Shown in pieces: positions 30,185-40,151 of a stretch of 64,000 bases of DNA (position 1 is the first letter of the stretch; each line of letters begins with the position of its first letter). The notes below the pieces were generated by a model. That model did not search any database and was not told the DNA's origin. It worked only from the letters and a program-made list of their open reading frames with translations. This stretch comes from an uncultured Nitrososphaerota archaeon. GTDB taxonomy: Archaea; Thermoproteota; Nitrososphaeria; Nitrososphaerales; Nitrosopumilaceae. A program made the translations under genes and the position numbers. The stretch spans positions 128,001 through 192,000 of the forward strand of contig CAWGPD010000001.1 of assembly GCA_963824385.1 (NCBI GenBank), in the 5' to 3' direction.

Positions 30185-30565
30185 TTATGATGAATGATTT
30201 GATTTGCCTACCATGTTTTGAATTGTTTTCTCAAGAGATAGCATGTCAGTTGTTTTATGTATTGAACAGTTTACACCATTGTCTTGCAATATTTTTAGTT
30301 CACCTTCTGAAATATCGCCTGCTGAAAATACAAGTATTTTATTTTCAGGCATTTTGCCTGTCTGTATCAGTGATTTGACAATATCATATCCTGAAAATTT
30401 TGGCATGGCAAGATCTAACAGTATGGCATCAAACTTTTGGTCTAAAATCATTGCCAGTCCTTCCCTTCCATCGTTTGAGACCAGACACTCATGACCACGA
30501 GAATTCAGATACTCCCTAATCATGGTAGTAATAGTTCGATTGTCATCTATTGCAAGAATTCTCAA
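30185..30565 (-). CDS. single-domain response regulator (CheY-like)
   Basis: ILAIDD, DAILLDLAMP..SG, FSA, conserved Lys (HK). Confidence 0.9.
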   Translation of the reverse strand: MRILAIDDNRTITTMIREYLNSRGHECLVSNDGREGLAMILDQKFDAILLDLAMPKFSGYDIVKSLIQTGKMPENKILVFSAGDISEGELKILQDNGVNCSIHKTTDMLSLEKTIQNMVGKSNHSS

Positions 30566-30649
30566 CTATATACAACCAAATCAAATGTCCTTAATAATTT
30601 TAGGTTTCAAGAATACTTGTATGTGTTTGAAGTATAATTGGCACTGAAA

Positions 30650-31531
30650 TTATTTCATTACCGGAAAGTGAAATGCCGCATCAAGTGCAATTGCCACAAA
30701 TATTATTGTAAGATATGGAGCAGTCACCTTGTATGCCTTCCATGCAAACTCTGAAGTTGGAGTCTTTGTCAACTTGTAATGATACACAAACATCAAACCT
30801 CCTGACACCAGAGCAGTTGCCAGATACACGTAACCCAATCCAAATGCCACAAGCATAACAGAATATGGCAACAAGATAGCAGTGTTAAGTAAGATATACT
30901 TGGAAGTTTTTTGCATTCCAATTAGTACTGGAAGCATTGGAACTTTGGCAGCTGTATATTCTTCTTTCATCTTCATTGCAAGACACCAAAAGTGAGAAGG
31001 TGTCCAGACAAAAACTAGAGTACCTACCAATGCACCCAGTATATCCATAGAGCCTGTTGCTGCAGACCATCCTGCCATGGCTGCACAGCTTCCTGCAAAT
31101 CCTCCAATTACAATATTGGACCAGTTATTACGTTTGAGCCAGACCGTGTAGATTATCACATAGAAAAATATCCCCAAAGCAATGAAAAATGTTGATACCG
31201 GATTTATTGTAAACCATGCATATACTACAGAGATGCAGCTTACTGCCAGTCCATAGATCAAAACATTTCGTGCGGACATTCTTCCAGAAGGAATTGGCCT
31301 AGTACTGGTTCGTTTCATCAACGGATCAATGTCTCTATCATAATAGTGATTCAGAGCACTTGATCCCGCAGATGAGAGCGCACCTGCAATTATGAGATTA
31401 AAAAATACAGCATAGTTCAGTGGTGCGTGCATTATCAGTATGCTTGCAGCATACATCGAGGTAATTGCTGTAATAACAAGTAAAACTATGATTCTAGGTT
31501 TCGATATTTCCAGTACTTCCTTTAATCCCAC
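30650..31531 (-). CDS. cyoE: protoheme IX farnesyltransferase (heme o synthase)
   Basis: SKPRI, NHYYDRDID.LM.RT..RPIPSG, WTPSHFW; GTG start at 31531. Confidence 0.95.
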   Translation of the reverse strand: MGLKEVLEISKPRIIVLLVITAITSMYAASILIMHAPLNYAVFFNLIIAGALSSAGSSALNHYYDRDIDPLMKRTSTRPIPSGRMSARNVLIYGLAVSCISVVYAWFTINPVSTFFIALGIFFYVIIYTVWLKRNNWSNIVIGGFAGSCAAMAGWSAATGSMDILGALVGTLVFVWTPSHFWCLAMKMKEEYTAAKVPMLPVLIGMQKTSKYILLNTAILLPYSVMLVAFGLGYVYLATALVSGGLMFVYHYKLTKTPTSEFAWKAYKVTAPYLTIIFVAIALDAAFHFPVMK

Positions 31532-31615
31532 GGTTCTTGGGCAATTTGTAGGGAATTTAATTTCTTCGAAGATTCCCCTTTTCCCACAGTTCAAAAGAAT
31601 TAAGTATTACACAAC

Positions 31616-32743
31616 GTGAAACTACCTCAAATGAGTGACTGGGACCTAATGATGCCAGGAATGGGACTATCGGCAATAGGTCTTGCGGGAGTTATTTTAT
31701 CATACATGGGCATTGCCAATACGTTCCTTACAGGAATGCAGGCATTGTCAGGATTGACATTGTTTGTAGGGTTAGTATTTTTATCAGCTGGAATACTTAG
31801 TGGTGGAGTATCAACTAGCGGACGTGCAAAAGCAACCACTCTTGTAATCTTTGGCATAGCTGGATTTGTTGCAACATATGCCATCAGTTTGAATAAAGCA
31901 ATCACATCATTGCCACTATTTGTTGGAATACTCATAATGATACTTGTTCCAACCATAGTAATTGCATTTACTGCAATGAAAATTCCAAAATATCTTAAAC
32001 CGATTGCAGTAATATTTGTACTAGCATCTTTGACTGCAATCACATCATATACAGTATTTGGTTTTGTCGGACCAGGAGCTCAATTTTCATTTCACACACC
32101 TGGACAGAATTTAACACAAGCTGCAGCACCCAATGCCACCACTACCTCAACTGCTCCAGTTGTCACAGTCAACATTCCACTCAACTCATCACAGCAAGGA
32201 AATCCAAACTTTACTCCGAATACTATTACGGTTCCCAAGGGCGATATTATACAGTGGACAAATAATGATAAAGTGCCACACACCGTAACTAGTGCACCAG
32301 ATGGTTCAACATGGGATTCCGGAATAATATCAGCAGGCAAATCATACCAGTTGGATACATCAAAACTTAATGCTACAGAATATGATTATCTTTGTACAGT
32401 ACATCCGTTTATGACAGGAAAAATAATCATAACAGGTCCTGTCAAACCAGTATTTGCAAATGTAACAATAGCAGCTGGAGCTGCAACACAAGCTACCAGT
32501 CAGAAATATTTTGATCCTCCACAAATTCCAGTTAAGACTGGAACTACCGTATCTTGGACAAATAAAGACAGTGTGGCACATACGGTAACCAGTGGAGATC
32601 CTAATGCCGGTCCATCAGGAATATTTGATTCTAACTTGATAAAACCTGGAAATACATTTACCCATGAATTTGATTCTGTTGGAACAACTCCATACTATTG
32701 TACAATTCATCCATGGATGACTGGAAAAGTTACGGTAGGATGA
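31616..32743 (+). CDS. polytopic membrane protein with two plastocyanin-like type-1 copper domains
   Basis: About 5 hydrophobic segments, then PHTVTS...YLCTVHPFM and AHTVTS...YYCTIHPWM. Confidence 0.92.
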   Translation: MKLPQMSDWDLMMPGMGLSAIGLAGVILSYMGIANTFLTGMQALSGLTLFVGLVFLSAGILSGGVSTSGRAKATTLVIFGIAGFVATYAISLNKAITSLPLFVGILIMILVPTIVIAFTAMKIPKYLKPIAVIFVLASLTAITSYTVFGFVGPGAQFSFHTPGQNLTQAAAPNATTTSTAPVVTVNIPLNSSQQGNPNFTPNTITVPKGDIIQWTNNDKVPHTVTSAPDGSTWDSGIISAGKSYQLDTSKLNATEYDYLCTVHPFMTGKIIITGPVKPVFANVTIAAGAATQATSQKYFDPPQIPVKTGTTVSWTNKDSVAHTVTSGDPNAGPSGIFDSNLIKPGNTFTHEFDSVGTTPYYCTIHPWMTGKVTVG

Positions 32744-33150
32744 TAGTAAAGTCAATAGTTTTATCTAAAAATCAAATTGATACACTAAAACAGCATTCCC
32801 AAAAAAATTCTCCAAACGAGGCATGTGCCATATTATTTGGCAAAACAGATAATGATAACATTACAGTCAAGGAAGTTTTTCTAACAAAAAACATAGAAAA
32901 CTCACCAGTGAGTTTTACAATAGCACCTGAGGAATTAATACACGCATATGATGCTTCAGAGAAGAAAAATCTAGAGGTAAGTGCAATATTTCATTCCCAT
33001 CCAGGATCTGTAGCATATCCATCAGCAACTGACAAGAAATACATGCAAATCAATCCAGTACCATGGATTATTTTTTCAAATATACATGACGAGTTTAAAG
33101 CATATATCTACGATTTGGATTTAGTACCAGTTCCAGTAAAGATTTTGTAA
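32740..33150 (+). CDS. JAMM/MPN+ (M67) metalloprotease
   Basis: PNEACAIL, FHSHP...AYPSATD; ATGA overlap with the upstream gene. Confidence 0.92.
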   Translation: MIVKSIVLSKNQIDTLKQHSQKNSPNEACAILFGKTDNDNITVKEVFLTKNIENSPVSFTIAPEELIHAYDASEKKNLEVSAIFHSHPGSVAYPSATDKKYMQINPVPWIIFSNIHDEFKAYIYDLDLVPVPVKIL

Positions 33151-33152
33151 TT

Positions 33153-33248
33153 TTACTTTTTGTGAACGTGTTTATGTCGTTCTAGGTGGTCCTTGTCTGT
33201 AAAAGTGGTATCACAGTCTTTACATTTGAATTCGTGCTTGCCCCACAT
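33153..33248 (-). CDS. 31-aa single C2H2 zinc-finger microprotein, not in ORF track
   Basis: MWGKHEFKCKDCDTTFTDKDHLERHKHVHKK matches F-x-C-x2-C-x3-F-x5-L-x2-H-x3-H. Confidence 0.8.
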   Translation of the reverse strand: MWGKHEFKCKDCDTTFTDKDHLERHKHVHKK

Positions 33249-33281
33249 CGACAATTATTGGGCAAACTAATCTAAAAGGGT

Positions 33282-33671
33282 TTAGCAAGATGATCTTAGA
33301 GTTATTTTTTTACCATCAAGATTTATTGGAATTTTTACATTTTTTGATGTAATTCTTCCAATTACATTCACAGGAGAATAAGGCTTGATCTCACCTTTGT
33401 TTCCAATCGGAGTTGGTCCAAAGAATAAGCAGATAGCTTGTCCAGGAGGCCAATATGCAACATCAAGCAGATTTACCAAAGGTTTTGAGTTTTCTTCTTG
33501 TACTATAACAGGAATTAGATCAGTGTAGAGTTCTTGGCCCCAGACATGAGCAGTTACAGAAATTGGCAGGTTGCCAAGAATTGTTTTTACGGTATGAGGT
33601 GCAAGCGAATCATCAAGTTCAATCTCCAGAGATCTATCTTGTGGAAGATCAATTGTTATTTTATACAACAT
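33282..33671 (-). CDS. cyclophilin-like fold protein (DUF369/TM1367 type)
   Basis: APHTV..I...LP, WGQELY, VAYWPPG.AICLFFGPTP, SPVNVIG. Confidence 0.88.
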   Translation of the reverse strand: MLYKITIDLPQDRSLEIELDDSLAPHTVKTILGNLPISVTAHVWGQELYTDLIPVIVQEENSKPLVNLLDVAYWPPGQAICLFFGPTPIGNKGEIKPYSPVNVIGRITSKNVKIPINLDGKKITLRSSC

Positions 33672-33680
33672 GATAGAAAC

Positions 33681-34517
33681 TTAGGCAAGTGATGCTAGAG
33701 CACGCGTGACATCAGTTTTGCTTATAATTCCTGAGATCTTGCTATGCTCATCAAGTACTCCAAGTGCACTTACATTGTGATTAATCATTACCCTACATGC
33801 TTTTGCGAGGTCTTGATTATGATGTATTGAAAATATACCTCTTGTCATAATTTCACTTGCCAGTGTTATTGCTCCAAATCCTTCAGATGCGATAAAACCT
33901 TTCTGTATATGATCTGATAACGTATAATCATCTGAGAAATCCTCTACTCCAAGTTCAAGTGAGACCCTAAAGAAATCTCGAAAAGATATAACGCCAAGGT
34001 GATTATCATGTTGATCTTTAGTGATTATTCGCGATATTTTATGCTCTAGCATCTTTGCCATAACTCGCGTTAGTGAAGCAGTGTCATGCACTGTAAATAC
34101 GTGATCAGTCATATAATCTGAAACCGCATATTTTTTTGCATAATGAATGGAATAAAATTTTGCAAGATCAGTCTTTGTAAATATTCCCTCAAGATTATTT
34201 TCGGTTCCTACTGCAAGTGAGCTTATATTTTTTTCAAGCATCTTCTTTGCACATAATGCAACTGATGTTGTACTATCTGTGTATTCCAGTCTTTTCATAA
34301 TTTGTGCAAGCGGTATTCTGTCAAGACTTTGATGAGATTTTTCTGTAAACAGGAAAATGCCAACATCTTTTTCTGTTACAATACCAACGGATTTGTGTTC
34401 ATTAGTTACCACAAGACGACTTTTGTTAAGATCAAGTAGTTTTGATATTACCTGTGAAATGCTAGAATTCTCTTCAATAGACAGTGGTTTATGCATCAGG
34501 TCTTTGGCAGTAGTCAT
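33681..34517 (-). CDS. CBS-domain protein (4 CBS)
   Basis: GIVTEKD, GIFTKTD, GVISFRD, GIISKTD. Confidence 0.92.
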   Translation of the reverse strand: MTTAKDLMHKPLSIEENSSISQVISKLLDLNKSRLVVTNEHKSVGIVTEKDVGIFLFTEKSHQSLDRIPLAQIMKRLEYTDSTTSVALCAKKMLEKNISSLAVGTENNLEGIFTKTDLAKFYSIHYAKKYAVSDYMTDHVFTVHDTASLTRVMAKMLEHKISRIITKDQHDNHLGVISFRDFFRVSLELGVEDFSDDYTLSDHIQKGFIASEGFGAITLASEIMTRGIFSIHHNQDLAKACRVMINHNVSALGVLDEHSKISGIISKTDVTRALASLA

Positions 34518-34714
34518 AGAAATATCTTGTACAAATATGCATAAAAACTAGGGATTAATTATCATGTCTGAAAATTACAAGATTTTCTATTTGCCAAAAA
34601 TTTGAAAATAAATTGTGTAACAGGGACGTATTTTGTCGATTCTTATTTAGAGTGCGTAAAATATCATAAAATCAGATTCAGATCACACATTACAATATGG
34701 CTTCAACTCTCATG

Positions 34715-34767
34715 CCTATTGGTTTTAATTACCAACCATTACCGATAATTACCAATAGGTATATAAG
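34715..34767 (+). promoter_or_regulatory. candidate operator array plus TATA box upstream of 34791
   Basis: ATTACC x3 at 10-bp spacing (34728, 34738, 34748); 9-bp inverted repeat CCTATTGGT/ACCAATAGG; TATATAA immediately after. Confidence 0.5.
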
Positions 34768-34790
34768 ATAATACCTTTCATAGGGAATAC

Positions 34791-35231
34791 ATGAGTAAAT
34801 CAACACCGGAACCAAGAGAGTTCAATACTGAAACAAAAGAAATCCACTCAGTCTACAAGCATAGCGCAGACAGATTTTTTGATGAGGTAGAAAAATCAAT
34901 ACCACAATATCATCAATCAATAACAAATCTTCAGCGTTCATACATTGCAGCATGGAAAAAGGCAGTAGAATCTACCATATCCATGACTCAGGAATTTGCA
35001 AGCAAATGCGGCATGAGCACAGGCGTTACATCAGCAATGTCAAAGATAGTAAATGACACAACTGAAGAAATCGTCAAGGCACAAACAATACAAAATAAAG
35101 CAATACTGACTGCAATTGATGCTACTCAGCAATCAATCAACACATTCAACGAGAATACAAAATTGTTTACTGGGCTAGACCAAGGCATAATGCAATATTG
35201 GATTAAAGCATGCACACCTACACGAAACTAG
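34791..35231 (+). CDS. conserved thaumarchaeal helical protein (phasin-like composition)
   Basis: All-helical amphipathic 146 aa, PQYHQSITNLQ motif; the phasin resemblance is an inference. Confidence 0.75.
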   Translation: MSKSTPEPREFNTETKEIHSVYKHSADRFFDEVEKSIPQYHQSITNLQRSYIAAWKKAVESTISMTQEFASKCGMSTGVTSAMSKIVNDTTEEIVKAQTIQNKAILTAIDATQQSINTFNENTKLFTGLDQGIMQYWIKACTPTRN

Positions 35232-35337
35232 TGTAAAGGAGCTTTTATCTTTTTTATTTTGAATAATTATACATGAAAATTTTTGTTTTAAAACAGAGAA
35301 TAGATAAAAACGTAAAACAGTCGCAGGTTTATGCGAT

Positions 35338-36513
35338 TTATAATCTTTTGGCAAGCAATTTGGATAACGCGTTAGATATGTTCTTTCTAATATTCTTATC
35401 ATACATATCTGGAATTATGTTCTCATAATGTATTTCTTTTTCAGGAATAGTTTTAGCAATTGCCTGTGCTGTTGCAATCAACAAGTCAGTTGTTATCTTT
35501 TTTATTTTCTTATCAAGTATAACTCTCATGATATGAGGAAATACAAGAGCGTTATTGACCTTATTTGGGTATAGATAGCTCCCAGTTGCAATAATTTTTG
35601 CGCCAGATGCCTTTGCAATCTCTGGTTTTACCTCCGGATTAGGATTTGTCAGTGCAAAAATTATCGAATCTTTATTCATACTTTTTATCATTTGTCCATT
35701 TAGTAGATTCTTTTGTCCTGAAACTCCGATAAACACATCAGCATTTTTCATCACATCAAAAAGTTCACCTTTTTCTCTTTTTGGGTTTGTGATTTGTGCC
35801 AACTCTTGTTTGTACTTGTTCATGCCTTTTGTTCTTCCCTTGTAAATCGCACCTTCAGAATCTGTAACGACGATATTTTTGCAACCTGCTGCTACAAGCA
35901 ACTTTGTAATTCCATACCCTGCAGAACCTGCACCGGCAACAACTATTTTTATCAAATTGATTTGTTTTTTAACAAGTTTTAGCGAATTCAAGAGTGCCGC
36001 AAGGGCAACAACCGAGGTACCGTGTCTATCATCATGAAATACAGGTATTGATAGAGATTTTTCTAATTCTTCAGATATTTCTAAAACTTTAGGTGATTCT
36101 ATGTCTTCAAGATTTATTGCACCAAAGACAGGTTCAATTGCTTTAATTGCAGTAATTATTTTCTCCTTGTCAGTTTCATTCAAGCATATTGGAAATGCAC
36201 TTATGCCCCCAAACTCCCTATACAAGACTGCTTTTCCCTCCATAACTGGAAGAGCCGCATCAGGGCCAATATTTCCCAGTCCGAGAATTCTCGTACCATC
36301 TGTAATTATGGCTACATTATTTCCCTTGGAGGTAAATGCATATTTTTTTTCTGGATGATGATAAATTTCTTCACAGACTGCAGCGACACCAGGTGTGTAA
36401 ATTAGCTTTATCTGATTACGCTTTAGTTTTTTGATTTTTCCAGTAACAATGATTTTGCCTTTGAGTGATTTGTGAAGAGCGATTGCTTTTTTGGCATTAT
36501 CATCTAAAACCAT
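35338..36513 (-). CDS. NAD(P)-dependent malic enzyme
   Basis: YTPGVA, TDGTRILGLGNIG, VMEGKA, INLEDI, FHDDRHGT, GAGSAG. Confidence 0.95.
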   Translation of the reverse strand: MVLDDNAKKAIALHKSLKGKIIVTGKIKKLKRNQIKLIYTPGVAAVCEEIYHHPEKKYAFTSKGNNVAIITDGTRILGLGNIGPDAALPVMEGKAVLYREFGGISAFPICLNETDKEKIITAIKAIEPVFGAINLEDIESPKVLEISEELEKSLSIPVFHDDRHGTSVVALAALLNSLKLVKKQINLIKIVVAGAGSAGYGITKLLVAAGCKNIVVTDSEGAIYKGRTKGMNKYKQELAQITNPKREKGELFDVMKNADVFIGVSGQKNLLNGQMIKSMNKDSIIFALTNPNPEVKPEIAKASGAKIIATGSYLYPNKVNNALVFPHIMRVILDKKIKKITTDLLIATAQAIAKTIPEKEIHYENIIPDMYDKNIRKNISNALSKLLAKRL

Positions 36514-36771
36514 GATATAGATCTAAACTTGACCTTTGTAAGCTTTCTAGTCACATAGTTAGCCCCTATCCAAGAGAAAATACTGACAATGAAGTTATTA
36601 GGAGAATGCAAAATTCTTCATCAAATACTGAGAGACAAGCAAAAAAATGGCATAGTTTGGCATAGTTTTAAAAAATAATGAATCAGGCTTGCAGGAGTGT
36701 AACTTTGATCCATATTACGTCTGTACTATCTAACTTTGAACCTCTAAATAGAACTATTTCTGAGTAACGAT

Positions 36772-37029
36772 ATGGAAATTCACGTATACGATACATACGT
36801 AGAGGCAAAGGACGGCCACACGATGCATTTTGACGTCATTACCAGTCAGAAGGATCACGTAAAAGCAATCCAATATGCAAAGGAATGGCTCAAGACAGTC
36901 GGAGAGGGCGATTCAAAGGTATCAACTGAGGAATGTCAGTTCTGCCACTCACAAGGTGCACCAGAACCCATTGCAAACGAGATCCAAAAGAAAGGTTATT
37001 TCATCCAAAAGATGGAAGGCTGCCCGTAA
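36772..37029 (+). CDS. DUF2024 family protein
   Basis: HVYDTYV..KDG.TMHFDV, CQFCHSQ, KMEGCP. Confidence 0.9.
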   Translation: MEIHVYDTYVEAKDGHTMHFDVITSQKDHVKAIQYAKEWLKTVGEGDSKVSTEECQFCHSQGAPEPIANEIQKKGYFIQKMEGCP

Positions 37030-37104
37030 AGCTATCTACTTAATTTTTTAATCCAATCATTATTTTTAAAAACACTATTAGCGTCAGGCATATCATATCA
37101 TACC

Positions 37105-37290
37105 ATGACAAAAAAGATCAAGTATAGTAGACTTTCAATCGAAGGAGACATTCAGACAAGATGGATATGTGGCTGTTTTGAGACAGTGGACGGTTTTTTC
37201 AAATTCTGCTCTCAGCATAAAGAGACAATGAAGCAGACCATAGAATCTCAGATAGACAAACTTGACATGACTACGGTAGTAGAAGAATAA
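37105..37290 (+). CDS. small hypothetical protein with CxC...CxxH motif
   Basis: WICGCFE...FCSQH. Confidence 0.7.
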   Translation: MTKKIKYSRLSIEGDIQTRWICGCFETVDGFFKFCSQHKETMKQTIESQIDKLDMTTVVEE

Positions 37291-37301
37291 TATTTCTCAA
37301 G

Positions 37302-37679
37302 TCATCTTCTTTTGGAATATGGCTTGAATGTTATTCCAGCAAGTCCACGGCGAACCATTTTGTTAAATCTCTTACCATGACTAAGATATGGAAATCTCAT
37401 GTGGATCAGTTCATGCACTATGGTATTTTCAAGTACTTTTTCATCTGGAATCTTTCTTATGTTGATAAAGACAACATTATCCAGGATATAGGACACACCA
37501 AGATACTTGTAAGCTGATGTCCTTCTACCTTCAGTTACACTCTTTGGCATTTCCAGTACCTCCTTTGTTGTCAACAATATCTTGGGTTCTGCAATACTAA
37601 ATCTTGCACAATAGATTCCGACTTTTTCTAGTATCTTAAAACGAAGATCAGAGTCTAACTTCACAGAACATGATATCAA
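37302..37679 (-). CDS. SprT/M48-like zinc metalloprotease domain protein
   Basis: IVHELIHMRFPYLSHGKRF. Confidence 0.85.
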   Translation of the reverse strand: MISCSVKLDSDLRFKILEKVGIYCARFSIAEPKILLTTKEVLEMPKSVTEGRRTSAYKYLGVSYILDNVVFINIRKIPDEKVLENTIVHELIHMRFPYLSHGKRFNKMVRRGLAGITFKPYSKRR

Positions 37680-37741
37680 GAGATCCCAAGTTTAATGCAT
37701 ATTGTCAAAATGTATGCCAGCAATTGTGTAATTTTTTATTT

Positions 37742-37759
37742 TTACCACTTTAGTGGTAA
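37742..37759. promoter_or_regulatory. intergenic palindrome, candidate operator
   Basis: TTACCACT-tt-AGTGGTAA, about 60 nt upstream of the SprT-like gene. Confidence 0.4.
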
Positions 37760-37821
37760 GTAGGGTCAGAAATCCGTTAGTTTAATCACAAATCATACAG
37801 CCACCGTCTCCTCATTCCCCA

Positions 37822-38316
37822 CTAACTCATAGAGTTCATTATGGACCTAGCTCTATTTCTTACCTCCTCTGTTACAGGTACAATTACCAGGCCTTCATTT
37901 GGCTGACCATACAAAATTACAGAATTATCAGGGGCATATACTGCGACTGGAAGTACAAGCAAGTCTTCCTCCCCTGATACTATAATTCTCACTGGCGGGG
38001 TCATACCAAATGCTTTTTGAATTACAGATACACTTTCTTGTGTTATCTCTGCGGCAGGGTTTGTACAAGTAAGAATTGTCTCTGCATTTCCCTCTGGCAA
38101 ATCCCTCTTGCTTCTTTTTTCTACAGAATCTATAATCTGCAATGACGGATTAAAGTCAAACTTTATCATTTTTTCTGTAGTGGCATCACCCACCGTGATT
38201 ATAAAAGATCCCAATGGGATGTGTTTTGAGATATTGATTCTAGTAGTATCAGAGTCTGGCAGTAAAATGCCAAGTGGTTTTTTTAATTGGTCACGTAAAT
38301 TTTCAGGCAGACGCAC
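37822..38316 (-). CDS. GTP-dependent dephospho-CoA kinase (DUF359)
   Basis: LR.QLKKPLG, TVGDATT, NPAAEIT, GEEDLL.LP, YGQPNEG. Confidence 0.92.
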   Translation of the reverse strand: MRLPENLRDQLKKPLGILLPDSDTTRINISKHIPLGSFIITVGDATTEKMIKFDFNPSLQIIDSVEKRSKRDLPEGNAETILTCTNPAAEITQESVSVIQKAFGMTPPVRIIVSGEEDLLVLPVAVYAPDNSVILYGQPNEGLVIVPVTEEVRNRARSIMNSMS

Positions 38317-38341
38317 AATTTTCTTTTGTTTTCAACTATTT

Positions 38342-39424
38342 TTATGTAGCTACTTCGGCCTTTAGTTCTTCACTTAGTTGAGACGCAAGTACACTACACT
38401 TGGCAGCCACGTTCTTTGCTACAATCATAAAAGATTGAGACATGCTAGAATTAGGATCAGTAACAAGTACTGGCTTTCCACTGTCAGAGCCCTCCATTAT
38501 ACCAGGATTTAGTGGAATCTCTCCCAAGAATGCAAGGTTATGCATTTCACTCATTCTTTTTGCCCCCTCTTTCCCAAAGACGTAATGTTTTTCATTACAT
38601 TTTGTGCATATAAAATAACTCATGTTTTCTATCACACCCATGATTGGTATGTTTAATTTTTGGAACATGCCAAATGCCTTGACTGCAATATTGCTTGCAA
38701 CTTCTTGAGGAGTTGTAACAACAACTATTCCAGTGATGGGTATAGTCTGTGCAAGTGTCAGCGGAATATCCCCAGTTCCTGGTGGCAAGTCTACTATGAG
38801 ATAATCAAGATCAGTCCAGTTGGTGTCAACTAGAAATTGTTTTAAGATTCCAGAAATTATAGGACCACGGTAAATTGCGGCCTGATGTGCTTGCTCTGCA
38901 AAAAATCCAAATGATACAACTTTGATCCCATGTGATTCGGCTGGCTGTAATTTATTATTGTCAACTTCCATCGAAGCCTTGCCCATTCCAAGCATCAGTG
39001 GAACACTTGGTCCATAGATGTCAGCATCAAGTAATCCAACCTTTGCACCGGTCTGTGCCAATGCAAGTGCCAAGTTTACAGATACAGTTGTTTTTCCTAC
39101 GCCACCTTTGCCGCTTGCAACACCTATGATATTTTTTACAGTTGGTAGCATTTGATCCATACTAAGGGATCTTCCTTCCATGACTTTGGCAGTGACCTTT
39201 AGATCAAGTTTTGAGACTTCTTTTATCGTAGCAATTGCAGCTCGTACATCTTGTTCTATTTCGTCATTGAACGGACATGCTGGAGTAGTAAGTTCAAGTG
39301 TAAATTTTAAATCATTTCCGTTTATTTCAATGTCTTTTATCATACCCATAGAGACTATGCTCTTTTTGAGATCTGGGTCAATTACAGTACTAAGTGTGGT
39401 AAGGATTTGATCAACAGATACCAT
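38342..39424 (-). CDS. mrp: Mrp/NBP35 (ApbC) Fe-S cluster carrier ATPase with N-terminal DUF59
   Basis: LTTPACP, SGKGGVGKT, DADIYGPS, DLPPGTGD, ENMSYF.CxxC. Confidence 0.95.
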   Translation of the reverse strand: MVSVDQILTTLSTVIDPDLKKSIVSMGMIKDIEINGNDLKFTLELTTPACPFNDEIEQDVRAAIATIKEVSKLDLKVTAKVMEGRSLSMDQMLPTVKNIIGVASGKGGVGKTTVSVNLALALAQTGAKVGLLDADIYGPSVPLMLGMGKASMEVDNNKLQPAESHGIKVVSFGFFAEQAHQAAIYRGPIISGILKQFLVDTNWTDLDYLIVDLPPGTGDIPLTLAQTIPITGIVVVTTPQEVASNIAVKAFGMFQKLNIPIMGVIENMSYFICTKCNEKHYVFGKEGAKRMSEMHNLAFLGEIPLNPGIMEGSDSGKPVLVTDPNSSMSQSFMIVAKNVAAKCSVLASQLSEELKAEVAT

Positions 39425-39512
39425 AAAGTAAAAAATCACGAATACAATATTTAAACATAGGCAAAAATCATATCCAAAGATTCATAAATTCAAATTTTAT
39501 GTAATTTTTTGA

Positions 39513-40145
39513 TTGTTTTCTATATCAACACTTACTGATGTAGTTAGGATACCGCCTAAACTATTTGGGGAATCGCTAAAAAAAGCAGCTATTACAATTT
39601 TAAGAGAAAAATATGAGAGCATGATAAATCCAGAACTTGGTTATGTCATAATGATACTTGAGACCAAGGTAGAAAAAATGGGCAAAGTAATTGCCGGAGA
39701 TGGAGGAACTTATCATAGAGTAGAATTTACTGCATTAACATTTTCACCAAAACTCCAAGAAATTGTCCGCGGAGAAATTGTCGAAATTACAGACTTTGGA
39801 GCGTTTGTCAGAATTGGTGCAACAGATGCATTATTACACTTGTCACAAATTATGGACGATTATCTCAAAAGCGATGTCAAGTCTGGCATGATCCTTGCAA
39901 ACCAGAGTGGAAGAACAATGAAGATTGGAACTACACTTCGTGCAAGAATTACTGCAGTATCAATTGGCAAGACAGCAGCTATGAAAGTTGGAATTACATG
40001 CAGACAACCTTTCTTGGGAGCAGACGAATGGATTGAAGAAGAAATTAAGAAAGCAAAAGCACCAGCTGCAGCTCCAAAGACTCCAGCAGCCGCTGCAAAG
40101 ACTACTGCTCCAGACAAGGCCAAAAAGACAGCGGAGAAAAAGTGA
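39513..40145 (+). CDS. rpoE1: DNA-directed RNA polymerase subunit E' (Rpo7)
   Basis: DVVRIPP..FG, GDGGTYH, S1 domain FGAFVRIG, RQPFLG..EW. Confidence 0.95.
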   Translation: MFSISTLTDVVRIPPKLFGESLKKAAITILREKYESMINPELGYVIMILETKVEKMGKVIAGDGGTYHRVEFTALTFSPKLQEIVRGEIVEITDFGAFVRIGATDALLHLSQIMDDYLKSDVKSGMILANQSGRTMKIGTTLRARITAVSIGKTAAMKVGITCRQPFLGADEWIEEEIKKAKAPAAAPKTPAAAAKTTAPDKAKKTAEKK

Positions 40146-40151
40146 TAAGAA

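Noticed and set aside
36648..36667. 10-bp tandem duplication TGGCATAGTT x2
   Set aside because: Only two copies with no associated feature; could be chance or local slippage.
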